Below, piece after piece: positions 1-10,285 of a stretch of 46,305 nucleotides of DNA. Numbering within the stretch: the stretch's first letter is position 1; the number at the start of each line of letters is the position of its first letter. Origin of the DNA: a virus (taxonomy: Duplodnaviria > Caudoviricetes); IMG/VR virus record IMGVR_UViG_3300010043_000005, positions 1 through 46,305 of that record; one strand, given 5' to 3'. The notes under the pieces were generated by a model, which was given only the letters and a program-made list of their open reading frames with translations, had not been told where the DNA came from and searched no databases. The translations under genes were made by a program, and so were the position numbers.

Positions 1-1263
1 CGAAAAGATCTGCAGTGGATCTGCTACTCGGTCCAGCTCTTACACAAATTCTTTAAAGCCGACTTCCACACGATCATTATCGGAGAACCGGACTGCGAAG
101 AGGTGTTTAAAACCTGGGGGCTGGTGGCCACCTCCTACCGCTACGTAAAGCCCTGGCCGGATGGCTACATGTTCGCCATGTACCAGAAGATGATCGCCGA
201 CCTCTACTCGGACGCCGAGATGATCATGCTCTTAGACTCCGATCACATCCTGCTCGAGTCGGTGGGTCTTGAGCGCTTCACCTTCGAAGGCCTGCCGATC
301 GTCCGGTACAAATTCTGGGACGAAGATAAAACGGACTTCAGCCTGATCGAAGGCAAAAAGCAGTGGAAGCCGCCGACCGAACGGCTCCTGGGCGTCGAGC
401 TCGATAAGGATTACATGCGGGGGCCCCCGTTCCTTTTCTGGCGTGACACTTTCGCGAAGACCCGACTGCGCATCGAAGAGGTGACCGCAAAACCGTTCAT
501 GGAAGCCGTTTATTCGGACACCCCATACGATTACCGGCGCTTTCTGACCCATCCAAAGACCAATTGCGATTACGAATCGCTCGGGCTTTACTGTGCGAAA
601 TTCCAGCCGGGCCGCTACGTTTTCGTACACGACAAAGGCGAGCGCTGGCCCTTCCGAGTTTTCTGGTCTCACGGCCACTGGGGTTACCAACTCCAGATGA
701 AGCTCGACAATCTTCTGAAGACGCCAGAACCCTTTAACGGGGACACCTTTATCGAGCCCGAGCTGCGCGCCCTGGTCTACAAACATGACATTCAACTCAT
801 TGTTGAGACCGGCACCGCAGACGGTTCGACCACTCAGAAGCTCGCGCAGATCTGCCCGGTCACGACGGTCGAGCTTGACCCCGAGCTCTTCGAGAAAGGC
901 AAGGGCCTCGAGTACGACATCATTGAACGGCATCTGGGCGACTCGGCGCTCGTCCTACAGAATCTACAATTCGGCTCGCGCACCCTGTTCTATCTCGACG
1001 CCCATGGAGGCGGTCACTGTCCGCTCTTAGACGAGCTCGCCGTGATTGCCGCTAAAGAGATTAAGCCAGTTATCGTGATCCACGACTTTGAGAACCCGGG
1101 CCGACCGGAGTTCGGCTATGACACCTGGGACATCGGCCCACTCAAATTTGAAACGATCCGCGAAAGCCTGAACAAGATTTACGGTTCAGAGAACTATCGC
1201 TACCACTATAACGCCCAAGCCTGCGGCCAGCGCAGAGGCGTCATTTACATTGAACCTGCATGA
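1..1263 (+). CDS. Glycosyltransferase-like (GT-A, DxD) domain fused to class I SAM-dependent methyltransferase-like domain; 5' truncated by window edge
   Basis: Frame is open from base 1 (RKDLQWICYSVQLL...). N-terminal half has MLLDSD (DxD). C-terminal half has IVETGTADGSTT, VTTVELD, LFYLDAH and PLLDEL..VIVIHD, typical of Methyltransf_24-like folds. Confidence 0.6.
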   Translation, partial: RKDLQWICYSVQLLHKFFKADFHTIIIGEPDCEEVFKTWGLVATSYRYVKPWPDGYMFAMYQKMIADLYSDAEMIMLLDSDHILLESVGLERFTFEGLPIVRYKFWDEDKTDFSLIEGKKQWKPPTERLLGVELDKDYMRGPPFLFWRDTFAKTRLRIEEVTAKPFMEAVYSDTPYDYRRFLTHPKTNCDYESLGLYCAKFQPGRYVFVHDKGERWPFRVFWSHGHWGYQLQMKLDNLLKTPEPFNGDTFIEPELRALVYKHDIQLIVETGTADGSTTQKLAQICPVTTVELDPELFEKGKGLEYDIIERHLGDSALVLQNLQFGSRTLFYLDAHGGGHCPLLDELAVIAAKEIKPVIVIHDFENPGRPEFGYDTWDIGPLKFETIRESLNKIYGSENYRYHYNAQACGQRRGVIYIEPA

Positions 1264-1963
1264 GCTCCTTACGCGCCAGGATCCGACCGCTCGAGTCTTT
1301 GACCCCGTGGAGGAGCACAGGCCGCAAGCCATGCTTTTCGATTGTCTCCCACTCCTCTTCGTTGAGCTTCCTGCGCCGATACCACTGGGTGATGAGGGCC
1401 GTGTCTTCGGCTTCGCGGATGTAGAAGTTTCGGCCCCAGTAATCCCAGGCCATGGTTGGCGGAGCTTCGAGCACTTGCGGCCACCGGATCGCGAGGTCAA
1501 CCGGCCAGATCGCGTTGCCGTTGACATGCTGGTCGATTGTCTCCTCTTGGTGGATATGGCCGAGGATTGGCCGGGCCCGGTTCGCGTAAGCGCCGTCCAG
1601 GCGGTCAAGCCAGTCAGCCGAAAGCGGCACGCAATCAGGCTCGAAAGTGAGGATGCCGGGCTCGCTGATCTCCAGCCGTGCGATGTCTTCCATGGTCGAG
1701 CGCCACAAAGCATTGGAGCCACCCGGCCAGCCGTTAGCGTAGCGCGCGGCCTTGAAGACCATCACCTGATCGAAGACCTTTAAGAGCAGTCCCTGACACT
1801 GATAGACGCGGCTCAAAGGCGTGTCCTTGCGATGGCTCAAGACCCATTGAGGCTTGCACTTCGAAGGGTGCGCCTTTTCCACGTCCGCAATCAGCTTGAC
1901 CAGATCAACTGCCGCGTCGCAATCCATCGGACACATCTGGAGGCAGAAGATCACGTTAGCCAT
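1241..1963 (-). CDS. Putative glycosyltransferase-like protein
   Basis: 240 aa; ILTFEPDCVPL..DWLDRL (E-x-D metal motif) and HVNGNAIW resemble phage GT-A fold proteins; converges on the GT/MTase gene. Confidence 0.4.
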   Translation of the reverse strand: MANVIFCLQMCPMDCDAAVDLVKLIADVEKAHPSKCKPQWVLSHRKDTPLSRVYQCQGLLLKVFDQVMVFKAARYANGWPGGSNALWRSTMEDIARLEISEPGILTFEPDCVPLSADWLDRLDGAYANRARPILGHIHQEETIDQHVNGNAIWPVDLAIRWPQVLEAPPTMAWDYWGRNFYIREAEDTALITQWYRRRKLNEEEWETIEKHGLRPVLLHGVKDSSGRILARKELMQVQCK

Positions 1964-1992
1964 CGGCCCCAGCTTACGCTAAACTCGGGCTC

Positions 1993-2211
1993 ATGAGCAG
2001 TGGAAAAACTAACCCGCCTTGGCAGATCATCGGCGTTATGTGCCCGATGACCTCGCCCTATACGGGTCCTGTTGTACAGCCGGGACAAAACGGTTTTCCC
2101 AGGGTCGAAGCAGGCCCCCATGCCGTTCCGCCTGGATGTGCCCCAGGACTTCCGACAATCGATTTTTCAGCTGGGCCTTGGCAACCTTATCCGCCTACCG
2201 CTCAAGGTTAA
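1993..2211 (+). CDS. Small Pro/Gly-rich hypothetical protein, possibly virion-associated
   Basis: 72 aa ATG ORF leading the + strand fibre block. Confidence 0.5.
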   Translation: MSSGKTNPPWQIIGVMCPMTSPYTGPVVQPGQNGFPRVEAGPHAVPPGCAPGLPTIDFSAGPWQPYPPTAQG

Positions 2212-2236
2212 TCGTCTTGAAATAGCGTAGAGCGCG

Positions 2237-2743
2237 ATGTCGGCAGACCCAAGGGCTGAGACCGGCCCTCGGATGGTTCCCCCCTTTCCAGGGGAGACCG
2301 GGCCACGCATGATCCCTGTTCCCTGGGATCCCTCCTTCTATGTTGTCCTGGGTGACCAAGCTCCTGCCGGGGACATGCTCAAAAGTGAGTATGCCAAGAA
2401 CGGCGGCTATGGCGTAGTCGATAAAGCTCTCTCGGCTTTCTACGTCACCTGGGAAGGCATCACCGATCCGCCTCTTCAATTCCCGCCGACGCCGCATGCT
2501 CCCAGCCATTTACCGTATGGCGGCGACGAGATCGGACTAGCTAGCACGCTTCAGGCTGGCCTGATGTCCCCAGGGGACGGGGATGCAACGACCTATTACG
2601 GGGGCGATAACCAACTCCATCCAATCTCAGGCGCTGGCACTATCTGGTTTACTGGGGCTGGGGCACCAGGAGTAATTGCCGGATCCAAGCCGGGGGATCT
2701 CTACCTCGATACTCAGAGCGGACAAGTCTATCTGCTCTCCTAG
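2237..2743 (+). CDS. Tail fibre-associated structural protein
   Basis: Shares [27 protein letters not shown] and GLM..G...YYGGDN motifs with fibre genes at 29187 and 30784. Ends in [17 protein letters not shown], a common phage fibre repeat. Confidence 0.6.
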   Translation: MSADPRAETGPRMVPPFPGETGPRMIPVPWDPSFYVVLGDQAPAGDMLKSEYAKNGGYGVVDKALSAFYVTWEGITDPPLQFPPTPHAPSHLPYGGDEIGLASTLQAGLMSPGDGDATTYYGGDNQLHPISGAGTIWFTGAGAPGVIAGSKPGDLYLDTQSGQVYLLS

Positions 2744-2745
2744 CC

Positions 2746-5013
2746 ATGGCTTGGACTCCCATCTCGAACTTGCTCGGCCCCGTGGGTCCAATCGGACCCC
2801 AGGGCGTTCCTGGGCCGCAGGGAAACCCGGGAAGCACGGGAAGCCCTGGCCCAAGTGGAAGCCAGGGACCAAGTGGCCCCGTGGGTCCTGCTGGGCCACA
2901 AGGAACGCCTGGAACAGGGATCCGCATGGTAGGCTCCGTCGCGACCCAAGCGGACTTACCTGCCAGCGGAAACACGATCGGCGACATTTACTTTGTAGAG
3001 GACATCGGCCACGGGTTTGTCTGGAGCGGCACCGTTTGGGATGACGTCGGCCAAATTCAGGGTCCTGTCGGTCCTCAGGGACCTCCTGGCCAGCAAGGAA
3101 GCCAAGGCAATCCTGCTCTGGCTCATACGACGGCTGGCTTCGGCGTCCCTGCAGTCGGACAGAGCGTGTCCCCAGTCTACGTGGACAACTCGGCCTGGAT
3201 GATTCAGGGCCAAGCCCTCAACATCGAAACCGCTGGTGGGGGGGCCAATGCTGGCGTTCTCGCGATCAGCGCCATCAACGGGAACCAGCTGACCCTGATC
3301 AACGTCTCAGGCCAAGTCGGCGCGATGGTTGCCACCGGGGCTCTGATCAGCCCGGGAGGTGCCACCGGCCCTCAAGGGATTCAAGGTCCACCGGGCCAAG
3401 GCTTGCAATTTAAAGGCACCGTCCCCACTTACGCGAATCTGCCGACCACTGGCAACATTCAAGGCGACATGTGGATCGCTAACGACACGGGGACGGGATG
3501 GATATGGAACGGGACGACCTGGGTTGATGCCGGTCAAATTCAGGGCCCTCCCGGCGCTCAGGGCGAACAAGGCGTTCAAGGCGAGCAAGGAATTCAGGGC
3601 ATCCCAGGCGTTCAAGGCGTTCCCGGGGATCCAGGCCCACAGGGCAATCCAGGCAGCAGCATTAATTTTCGGGGCACCGTCGCTAACCAAGCCGCGCTGC
3701 CTGCAACCGGCAACGCGCAGGCCGATCTCTTCGTTACCTCCGATACCGGCCACGGTTGGGTCTGGACAGGAAGCGCCTGGAGTGACTCAGGGCCCTGGCA
3801 AGGAGTTGCCGGGCCAAATGGACCTCCCGGTGCCGATGGCGCTCCAGGGAGCCCAGGAAGCCCAGGAGCTAACGGAATCAATGCGACCGCTTTAACCACG
3901 GCTCAATTTACGGTTCCAGCGATTGGGGCTACCGTTGTAGTTCCTATTGATCATCCCGAATGGGTCGTGCTTGGTCAGATGGTAGTCGTCGGCCAAGCCG
4001 GAGGCGACCCTTCAACCGCTGCTTCGCTAAAGGTCACCGCCATTAATCTGGCTGGTAAAACGATCACGCTCGAGACCGTCCAAGCTGGTTCGCAGGTGCT
4101 GGCCTCGACCACAACACCCGGCCTCCTAACTCAAGTCAGTGGACTCTCCACTGATTACGTGGGTGGCGATAACGCCTGTCATGCGTTCCCGGTTTTCAGC
4201 AGCAGTAACGGATTCGTCCTATTAACAAGCCCCTATACCGCGACGCCAGCCGACAGTGGCAAGTATTTCGTTTTTAGCGCCCTAGCTAATGTCTCGTTCA
4301 ATTTACCCGCCGCCGCAGTGGGGTTGGTGTACACGGTCAGAAATAATAATGGCGCGGCTAGCATTACCGGAAGTGGCAGTCGGGTCAATATTCAAGCTTC
4401 CGGCACGATAAATGGCGCAGCGTCTCCACTTGCTTTGCTCCCAGGCCAGGAATGCACGCTCGTAAGCGATGGCACTAACTGGCGAGCGATCGGACTACAG
4501 CGCGTGGTAGTGATTAGCTCAGTCGATATTACTACACCTGTCGCCACTCAGGGCATCGGGTTGCCGGTCGGTTACCGGATGTTCGAGATCGATATCTACG
4601 GGATCCTCCCGGCTACTAATCAATCTGCTTTGCAGATGCTGCTTTCGATCACGAACGGCTCGAATTTCCTCACCACTGGCTATTACGATATAGTAGTCTT
4701 TAACAACGCAGCGACGACGGTTGCAGGTTCTTACGCCAGCAATGTCGCCAATGCTCGGCTGAGTTCAGCACTGAATGCCGCGACAAGCGATTCCGGCCAA
4801 ATCAATATAAAGCTCTGGCCTACCGTTGGTGACGGTAGAAAAGCAACTTGGCTCGGTCAAGCACAAGGCTTTGTTACGACCGGCCCATGGCAAACCAGTT
4901 GGGCGTTTACCGGCTCACTTCAAAATCCCGGCGGCGTGATCAATTTCGCCCAGCTTCAGATGGGCGCTGGCAATATCGCTTATGGCTCAATCGTAGTGAA
5001 AGGCATCGTGTAA
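2746..5013 (+). CDS. Collagen-like tail fibre protein
   Basis: Several Gly-X-Y runs ([13 protein letters not shown]...) alternate with three G.V.....LP..GN...D......G....W.G..W.D.G..QG repeats, followed by a beta-rich C-terminal putative receptor-binding region. Confidence 0.85.
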   Translation: MAWTPISNLLGPVGPIGPQGVPGPQGNPGSTGSPGPSGSQGPSGPVGPAGPQGTPGTGIRMVGSVATQADLPASGNTIGDIYFVEDIGHGFVWSGTVWDDVGQIQGPVGPQGPPGQQGSQGNPALAHTTAGFGVPAVGQSVSPVYVDNSAWMIQGQALNIETAGGGANAGVLAISAINGNQLTLINVSGQVGAMVATGALISPGGATGPQGIQGPPGQGLQFKGTVPTYANLPTTGNIQGDMWIANDTGTGWIWNGTTWVDAGQIQGPPGAQGEQGVQGEQGIQGIPGVQGVPGDPGPQGNPGSSINFRGTVANQAALPATGNAQADLFVTSDTGHGWVWTGSAWSDSGPWQGVAGPNGPPGADGAPGSPGSPGANGINATALTTAQFTVPAIGATVVVPIDHPEWVVLGQMVVVGQAGGDPSTAASLKVTAINLAGKTITLETVQAGSQVLASTTTPGLLTQVSGLSTDYVGGDNACHAFPVFSSSNGFVLLTSPYTATPADSGKYFVFSALANVSFNLPAAAVGLVYTVRNNNGAASITGSGSRVNIQASGTINGAASPLALLPGQECTLVSDGTNWRAIGLQRVVVISSVDITTPVATQGIGLPVGYRMFEIDIYGILPATNQSALQMLLSITNGSNFLTTGYYDIVVFNNAATTVAGSYASNVANARLSSALNAATSDSGQINIKLWPTVGDGRKATWLGQAQGFVTTGPWQTSWAFTGSLQNPGGVINFAQLQMGAGNIAYGSIVVKGIV

Positions 5014-5016
5014 CCT

Positions 5017-6480
5017 ATGGCAATCGCACCGGGAACCGTTATTCCGTCAGGGACTCAAGTGAGCCCTGGCGGTGATATTGGCATGGTGGGGCCTGCGGGA
5101 GCACCGGGAGTAGCGGGAGCGAGCGAAGAAGTCGGCTCAATCAAATCGTGGCCGAGCGTCACGCCACCGCCTGCCTGGATGCTGATCGACGGTTCGGCGA
5201 TCTCGCGGACATTGTATCCGAAGCTCTTCTCTTTGATCGGAACGAGCTTCGGCCCAGGCGATGGATCCACCACTTTCAATCTGCCGGATGGTCGCAGCCG
5301 CTTCATTCTGAATTACGGACAAGGTGCTAGCCTAAGCCTTCGGAATCTCGGAGACATCGGCGGCGAAGAACAACACATACTCACTCTTGCCGAGATTGTC
5401 TCGCATACCCATCCAATTGCCGCAGGGCAATTTAGTCACACTCACCCGTTGCCTAACTTTGGCGTAGGCCAAAGCGCTGGCTCGGGTTTCGGGACGTGGT
5501 TGAACCAGCCTTCCACTGCTACCGGCGCTGCTACTCTTCCAGCCGGTACTGCTGGAGCCAGTGGGGGCGGCGGAGCGCACAACACGATGGGGCCGTTTCT
5601 CTGTCTGGTTTACATTATAAAGGTTAGCCCAACCGGCGGAGACACAGCACAGGCTCCGATTGCAGATCAGACTCAAGCTGGCCTCTTAAATATCCTCTCC
5701 GGCAACGCCACTGACTATGTGGGCGGCGATAATCAGTGCCATCCTCTTTTAGCTCCTACCATTGAGTATTACGACCAGGATGATTTTGGCAGCATGGTCG
5801 GAACCACCACTAATGTTTGGAACACTAAACTTGCGGTGGTCTCAAATAGCGGCGGAGCTGGCGCGGTTACTGCGGCTTGGCCGCAAAATTGGCCAGGACA
5901 CATAGGAATGATTCAATTGGCTCCTGGCACAGTCTCTGGCAACTGGGCAAGGATACTGGTCAACTTCTTTAATTTCTTTCTTGATGGTAATCTGACCGCT
6001 TCCATCGGGGGAGTGGTCCTGATGCTCCCTGGCAGTTTTACCAGCGTTAACCAATTTTTCTTCGGGTTAGCTAACAGTGCCGGACCTCCGTTAGCCGCCA
6101 CTAACTTTTACGTCGGATTTTTTGCCGCAGCCAGTAGCGGAGCAAACTGGTTCTATCATTGCCGCAACGCCGCCACATCAGTTCTTACTGACAGCGGAGT
6201 TCCTGCAATAGCTGGAGGCGTGGCAACATGGTTCAAATTTAGAATCGATATTTCAAGCACTCAGATCGATTTTTATATCAACGACAATTTCGTTGGCTCG
6301 ATACTCTCAGGATCAGGAGCAATCCCGGTTGCTACCCAGATCTTAAATATGTGTTTTTTTACAAACAACTCCACCGGCACAACTAATTCCTCACTGATAG
6401 CCGACTGCATGGATATCTGGCTTAAACCAGTGCCGCAAGCTGGACAAAGCCCAACCCGATTCATGCGCAGAATCCTTTGA
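5017..6480 (+). CDS. Tail fibre protein with phage tail collar domain
   Basis: VGSIKSWP...PPAWMLIDGSAISRTLYPKLFSLIGTSFGPGDGSTTFNLPD is the tail collar motif; HNTMGPFLCLVYIIK closes it; variable C-terminal domain. Confidence 0.85.
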   Translation: MAIAPGTVIPSGTQVSPGGDIGMVGPAGAPGVAGASEEVGSIKSWPSVTPPPAWMLIDGSAISRTLYPKLFSLIGTSFGPGDGSTTFNLPDGRSRFILNYGQGASLSLRNLGDIGGEEQHILTLAEIVSHTHPIAAGQFSHTHPLPNFGVGQSAGSGFGTWLNQPSTATGAATLPAGTAGASGGGGAHNTMGPFLCLVYIIKVSPTGGDTAQAPIADQTQAGLLNILSGNATDYVGGDNQCHPLLAPTIEYYDQDDFGSMVGTTTNVWNTKLAVVSNSGGAGAVTAAWPQNWPGHIGMIQLAPGTVSGNWARILVNFFNFFLDGNLTASIGGVVLMLPGSFTSVNQFFFGLANSAGPPLAATNFYVGFFAAASSGANWFYHCRNAATSVLTDSGVPAIAGGVATWFKFRIDISSTQIDFYINDNFVGSILSGSGAIPVATQILNMCFFTNNSTGTTNSSLIADCMDIWLKPVPQAGQSPTRFMRRIL

Positions 6481-6490
6481 ACGCTCTGTT

Positions 6491-6730
6491 ATGAGTTCAC
6501 CGTCAAACACTACGCTTACTTGGCTACCAATGACGATTCAGATGAGCCAGCCAACTGGGAATTGCCTCTATCAGATCGTCTATCCTTTTTTTGTCTCCGG
6601 TTCCACTAATCCGCAATACGGAGCGATAAAGAACATTGATACTGGAGCCCAGAATGTGGGCGCTTTCGATACCCTGGCGGATGCAGAAGCTGCCTGCCAA
6701 ACTGACTTTGACAATAATCCGCCGAGCTAA
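6491..6730 (+). CDS. Hypothetical protein
   Basis: 79 aa ATG ORF that fills the gap between fibre and terminase genes. Confidence 0.55.
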   Translation: MSSPSNTTLTWLPMTIQMSQPTGNCLYQIVYPFFVSGSTNPQYGAIKNIDTGAQNVGAFDTLADAEAACQTDFDNNPPS

Positions 6731-6745
6731 AGTATTGTCGGTTCT

Positions 6746-8587
6746 GTGAGCGCCGTCGCACCGACCCGGGCATCAATCGATATCTTACGCGAAAGCCTGG
6801 GCGACGGCTCTGAACCAGAGCGCTTGGCGGCGGTGCGCGAGCTCGAGCCCTCGTGCGAGCTCATTGCCCAGGCCGACGCCTATCTCTGGACCCTGGTCTG
6901 GAAGCTCCTGCGCGCTAACCAGCTCCTCGCCGTAGCGGAGTTGATCTGGACGCACGAGCTCTTTGATGCCCGGCCAGAGAGCGTCAGGCGCATCTGGAGA
7001 GCGATCCACACTGAGCCCAAACTGATTCTCTTAGGCTGCGGATCCGCCGGTAAAAGCTATTCCTCGATCGCGTGGTTTCTCTTAGACTGGCTGCGTGATC
7101 CACAGTTCACAAACACTAAGGTTATCAGCTCGACTGCGGGTCACGCCAAATCCAATGCGTTCTCGACCCTGCATAAGCTGCATTCCGAATCGCGGATCAA
7201 GCTACCAGGGCTTCGACTTGAGGGATTTATTGGTCTGGATTCCCAGAACCGGCACGCCGGTATTAGCCGGGTATCGATTCCGCCGGGGGCATCGGGCCGC
7301 GCTGCGCTCCAAGGTTTCCACCCCATCCCGCGCACCCATCCTGATCCAATCTTTGGATCCGTTGGGCGTGTGCGTTCGCTGGTTGATGAAGCCGAGGAAG
7401 TCCCGAGCGGTCTTTGGGTAGGAGTCAACAACATGCTCCTTTCGATGGAGGGGAGCGATCTCATCAAAGTCTGCGCAGCCTGTAACCCGCGTAACGTGCT
7501 CTCGCCCTTGGCCAGCTACGCTCAGCCGGTCCAGGGCTGGTCCCGGGTCGAGCCGGATGTCGACAAGGAGTGGGTGAGTAAAGAGCGCTGGAAGGTCGTG
7601 CGGATCGACGGTGCCGACTTGGAGAACGTCCGAGAACGGCGCGTCGTCTACCCCGGGTTCATGACCTTCGGCGGGTACGAAAACCTGCGGCTTAAGGCTG
7701 GGGGAAACACCCCAGAGTACTGGACCATGGCCAGGGGATTGTACCCACTGGAGGGCACCGCCATGACGGTGATCCCGCTCTCGTTCCTTGACCAGATCGT
7801 CGGCAATTTGATCTTTATCGGCCAAGTCGTACCCATAGGAAGTCTGGACGTCGCGTTTGAGGGCGACGACGAAATCATCTTCACAGCGTCCCGTTTCGGA
7901 TTGGCTAACGGCTGGCGAGAGCCGACTGGGCGCTTGCACTATTTCGATAAGCAGCGCTACTCGTTCCAGGTCGATCAGTTTTTCGCACTTCCGAAGGCAA
8001 GAACGCTTGAGCAGGCCGAAGCTGTCATGGATCTGTGTGGCAAGCTTAGTATTGGCCCAGAGTGGTTTATCTGCGACCGCACGGGAGTCGGTACTGGCTT
8101 ACATGATGCGTTAATCAGTCTCTGGGACGCCGAGGTCGAAGGGATCAACTGGGGCCAGGAAGCGACCGAGAAGCCGATCCTTGAGGATGACACTCATCTG
8201 GCCATCGAAGAGTTCGACGGAATCTCAACCGAGATGTACATGGCCTTGAGGCGCTGGATCGAGTTCGATTATCTCAAGCTGACGCCGACCTTGGAGACCG
8301 AGCGGCTTTTTAAGGAGATGTGCCTGCGCAAATACATGCTGGTCGGTAAAGGCCCAACCGGCCTCGCGCGGGTTAAGATCCAGTCCAAGAAAGAGTTCAA
8401 GTCTCACAACGGCTGGAGCCCAGACCGCTGCGATTCTCTCGTAATGGGACTACATCACGCCAGAATGTTAGGACCGGAGCGCGCCCGAGCTACCAAACGT
8501 TCGGTCCCCAGGAGGAGAAAAATGGTCCTGGGCGTTATGGAAACAGGGGCAAAAGTGGTTCGCTTCGATCGCAGGCTTGACAGCTGA
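6746..8587 (+). CDS. terL: Terminase large subunit
   Basis: Walker A GCGSAGKS, Walker B SLVDEAEE, ACNP coupling motif; RNase H-like nuclease motifs SLDVAFEGDD, CDRTGVG and SPDRCDSL. Confidence 0.88.
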   Translation: MSAVAPTRASIDILRESLGDGSEPERLAAVRELEPSCELIAQADAYLWTLVWKLLRANQLLAVAELIWTHELFDARPESVRRIWRAIHTEPKLILLGCGSAGKSYSSIAWFLLDWLRDPQFTNTKVISSTAGHAKSNAFSTLHKLHSESRIKLPGLRLEGFIGLDSQNRHAGISRVSIPPGASGRAALQGFHPIPRTHPDPIFGSVGRVRSLVDEAEEVPSGLWVGVNNMLLSMEGSDLIKVCAACNPRNVLSPLASYAQPVQGWSRVEPDVDKEWVSKERWKVVRIDGADLENVRERRVVYPGFMTFGGYENLRLKAGGNTPEYWTMARGLYPLEGTAMTVIPLSFLDQIVGNLIFIGQVVPIGSLDVAFEGDDEIIFTASRFGLANGWREPTGRLHYFDKQRYSFQVDQFFALPKARTLEQAEAVMDLCGKLSIGPEWFICDRTGVGTGLHDALISLWDAEVEGINWGQEATEKPILEDDTHLAIEEFDGISTEMYMALRRWIEFDYLKLTPTLETERLFKEMCLRKYMLVGKGPTGLARVKIQSKKEFKSHNGWSPDRCDSLVMGLHHARMLGPERARATKRSVPRRRKMVLGVMETGAKVVRFDRRLDS

Positions 8588-8613
8588 TTTTTAGAGGCCC
8601 AAAGCAGAGGGTT

Positions 8614-9657
8614 ATGAGCAGTGCGCCTATAGCCTTCTGGAAAGAACATCAGATCAAGTTTGTCAAGCCGCTTAAAGACCAACGAATAGCAGATCTCACG
8701 ACCACGCAGGTCGATACAATCTTGAGGCCTTGGTTAGAAAAGGCCTACGTTTTCGCCGAACAAAACCCGGGCAACGTCCCCTTTGAAAAAGAGATTCAGT
8801 GCGTCAAATGGGCGGTCATTAGCTGCGACCAGGGCCTCGAGCTAGCCCAGGAAAATGGGGAAAACGGGGAACAACCCAGGCCGCAACTCAGCGACGAGCT
8901 GCGCTTTGAGCGCGTAGATGAGGAGCGGCTACCAGAGCCGCCCCCCACGCCGTTGCTTACTGCACATGAACAGCCCGAGCCTAGCGAGTTGTCGGAGCAC
9001 GTCAACCTCGAGGTGCTCGATCCAGAACAGCAGGAAGCGGCTCTTGGGTTTATTGGCCGGTGGCAGGAAGCTCGCGAAAACCTGGGCCAGACTGACGATC
9101 CCGGTCAGGCGATGAGGATGGCCACCTTGGCCGAAATACTCGAAGCGCTCGCGAACGCCGCTGGCCTGGGCAAAGAATTTGAGATGCTTGGAAAGGCTCT
9201 CCGGTTCGAATCCTACCGCAAGGCCTCTGAGCTCTACGATCCTCAACCTGCAGGGCGACGCAGAAATGATGGCGAGCGTCAGGTCCAGCCCTTCAGCAAG
9301 CGGGACCTCAATCAGATGCGGCTCTTCGGAGCGCTCCGGCGCGAAGACTTCGACCGGATCCTGGCGCAAGGCCTCAAGAACGGCGCACTGACCGAGGCGA
9401 TGTTCCGCCAGCCAAAGAAGCCGAAGACGCCGGAGAGGCAGGTCAGTCACCCACATGAATCCTTTGTCCTGGCGCTGGCCGATATGCTAGGCAAAGAAGA
9501 CGTGTTCGGCCCCCAGAACGCCAAACTCTTAGTGGCCGACGACCTGATCTACAACAAGCTCAAGCTGATGTTGCGGCGTTACTGGGACCTGCAGGTCGAG
9601 CTCATCAAAGAGACGCGGATCCGCATGAGCGCCGAGGGCCTCGAGATTCCGACCTAA
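8614..9657 (+). CDS. Hypothetical protein (347 aa, acidic Pro-rich central linker)
   Basis: Long ORF co-oriented with terL; no family recognised. Confidence 0.7.
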   Translation: MSSAPIAFWKEHQIKFVKPLKDQRIADLTTTQVDTILRPWLEKAYVFAEQNPGNVPFEKEIQCVKWAVISCDQGLELAQENGENGEQPRPQLSDELRFERVDEERLPEPPPTPLLTAHEQPEPSELSEHVNLEVLDPEQQEAALGFIGRWQEARENLGQTDDPGQAMRMATLAEILEALANAAGLGKEFEMLGKALRFESYRKASELYDPQPAGRRRNDGERQVQPFSKRDLNQMRLFGALRREDFDRILAQGLKNGALTEAMFRQPKKPKTPERQVSHPHESFVLALADMLGKEDVFGPQNAKLLVADDLIYNKLKLMLRRYWDLQVELIKETRIRMSAEGLEIPT

Positions 9658-9666
9658 TTCACCCCC

Positions 9667-9695
9667 CCGCTCGTGGCCCTAGAAACCGCGAGCGG
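9667..9695. terminator. GC-rich hairpin between convergent genes, possible terminator
   Basis: CCGCTCGTGG-ccctagaaa-CCGCGAGCGG; no clear U-tract. Confidence 0.35.
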
Positions 9696-9718
9696 AGTGT
9701 CCTGGCGCTACCAGCGGG

Positions 9719-9895
9719 TTAAGAACCTTTACCACGTATCTCAACCACGAGCTCCTGAGTTTTGATGGTCTCGATCAGCGCCACCATCCCGCTAAAGCGG
9801 TCGTGGCCGATGATATCCCTCATCGCTTTAGTGAATTCCTCCAGCGATTCGAGCTGCTCCTGGGTTGCGACAAAGAGGCCTTTTATTTCAAACAT
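9719..9895 (-). CDS. Hypothetical protein (58 aa, MFEIKGLF...)
   Basis: ATG at 9895 overlaps the end of the SET gene; the longer called ORF lies over SET in another frame. Confidence 0.5.
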   Translation of the reverse strand: MFEIKGLFVATQEQLESLEEFTKAMRDIIGHDRFSGMVALIETIKTQELVVEIRGKGS

Positions 9896-10277
9896 AAACG
9901 GGTGAACGCCACGGTGGATAGGTCGCCTCAAGCTCGTAGTAGTCGACCGTGATTTCCTCTCCCGGCTCGATGTCGCGTAGTGCAAATGTACTGCACTTTG
10001 CAGTATCGTAGCGCGTGTTCGGATCCTCGCTATCGTTGGTGTAGCGATCGTCGTCGGTCGAAATGATGTAGAGCTTATGAACCGGGTCAAAGAAGGAGTA
10101 CGTCTCGCAGAAATTCCGCGCCACCAGCGGGAGATCCATCATTTGCTCTTCGGTAAGGAAAACGTCGAAGCGCCGGTCGGCTGACCAGACAACGTCGCCT
10201 TTGTGGATGAGCTCGCAAGCGAAGAGACCAAGACCGTGGATCCTACTGGGGCCTTTGGTCGCGTTCGCCTGGAGCAC
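9888..10277 (-). CDS. SET-domain protein (lysine methyltransferase family)
   Basis: SRIHGLGLFA (GxG SAM motif), RYTNDSEDPN (cf. RFINHSCxPN) and ALRDIEPGEEITVDY (cf. GEELxxDY). Confidence 0.88.
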   Translation of the reverse strand: MLQANATKGPSRIHGLGLFACELIHKGDVVWSADRRFDVFLTEEQMMDLPLVARNFCETYSFFDPVHKLYIISTDDDRYTNDSEDPNTRYDTAKCSTFALRDIEPGEEITVDYYELEATYPPWRSPVYV

Positions 10278-10285
10278 TGGATCCG

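Noticed and set aside
2746-3900. Repetitive GGN-CCN-CAR DNA that could be taken for a CRISPR array or tandem repeat
   Set aside because: Fully explained by collagen Gly-X-Y coding; no constant repeat-spacer structure.
4200-6480. Diversity-generating retroelement acting on fibre tips
   Set aside because: No reverse transcriptase and no template/variable repeat pair differing at adenines was seen.
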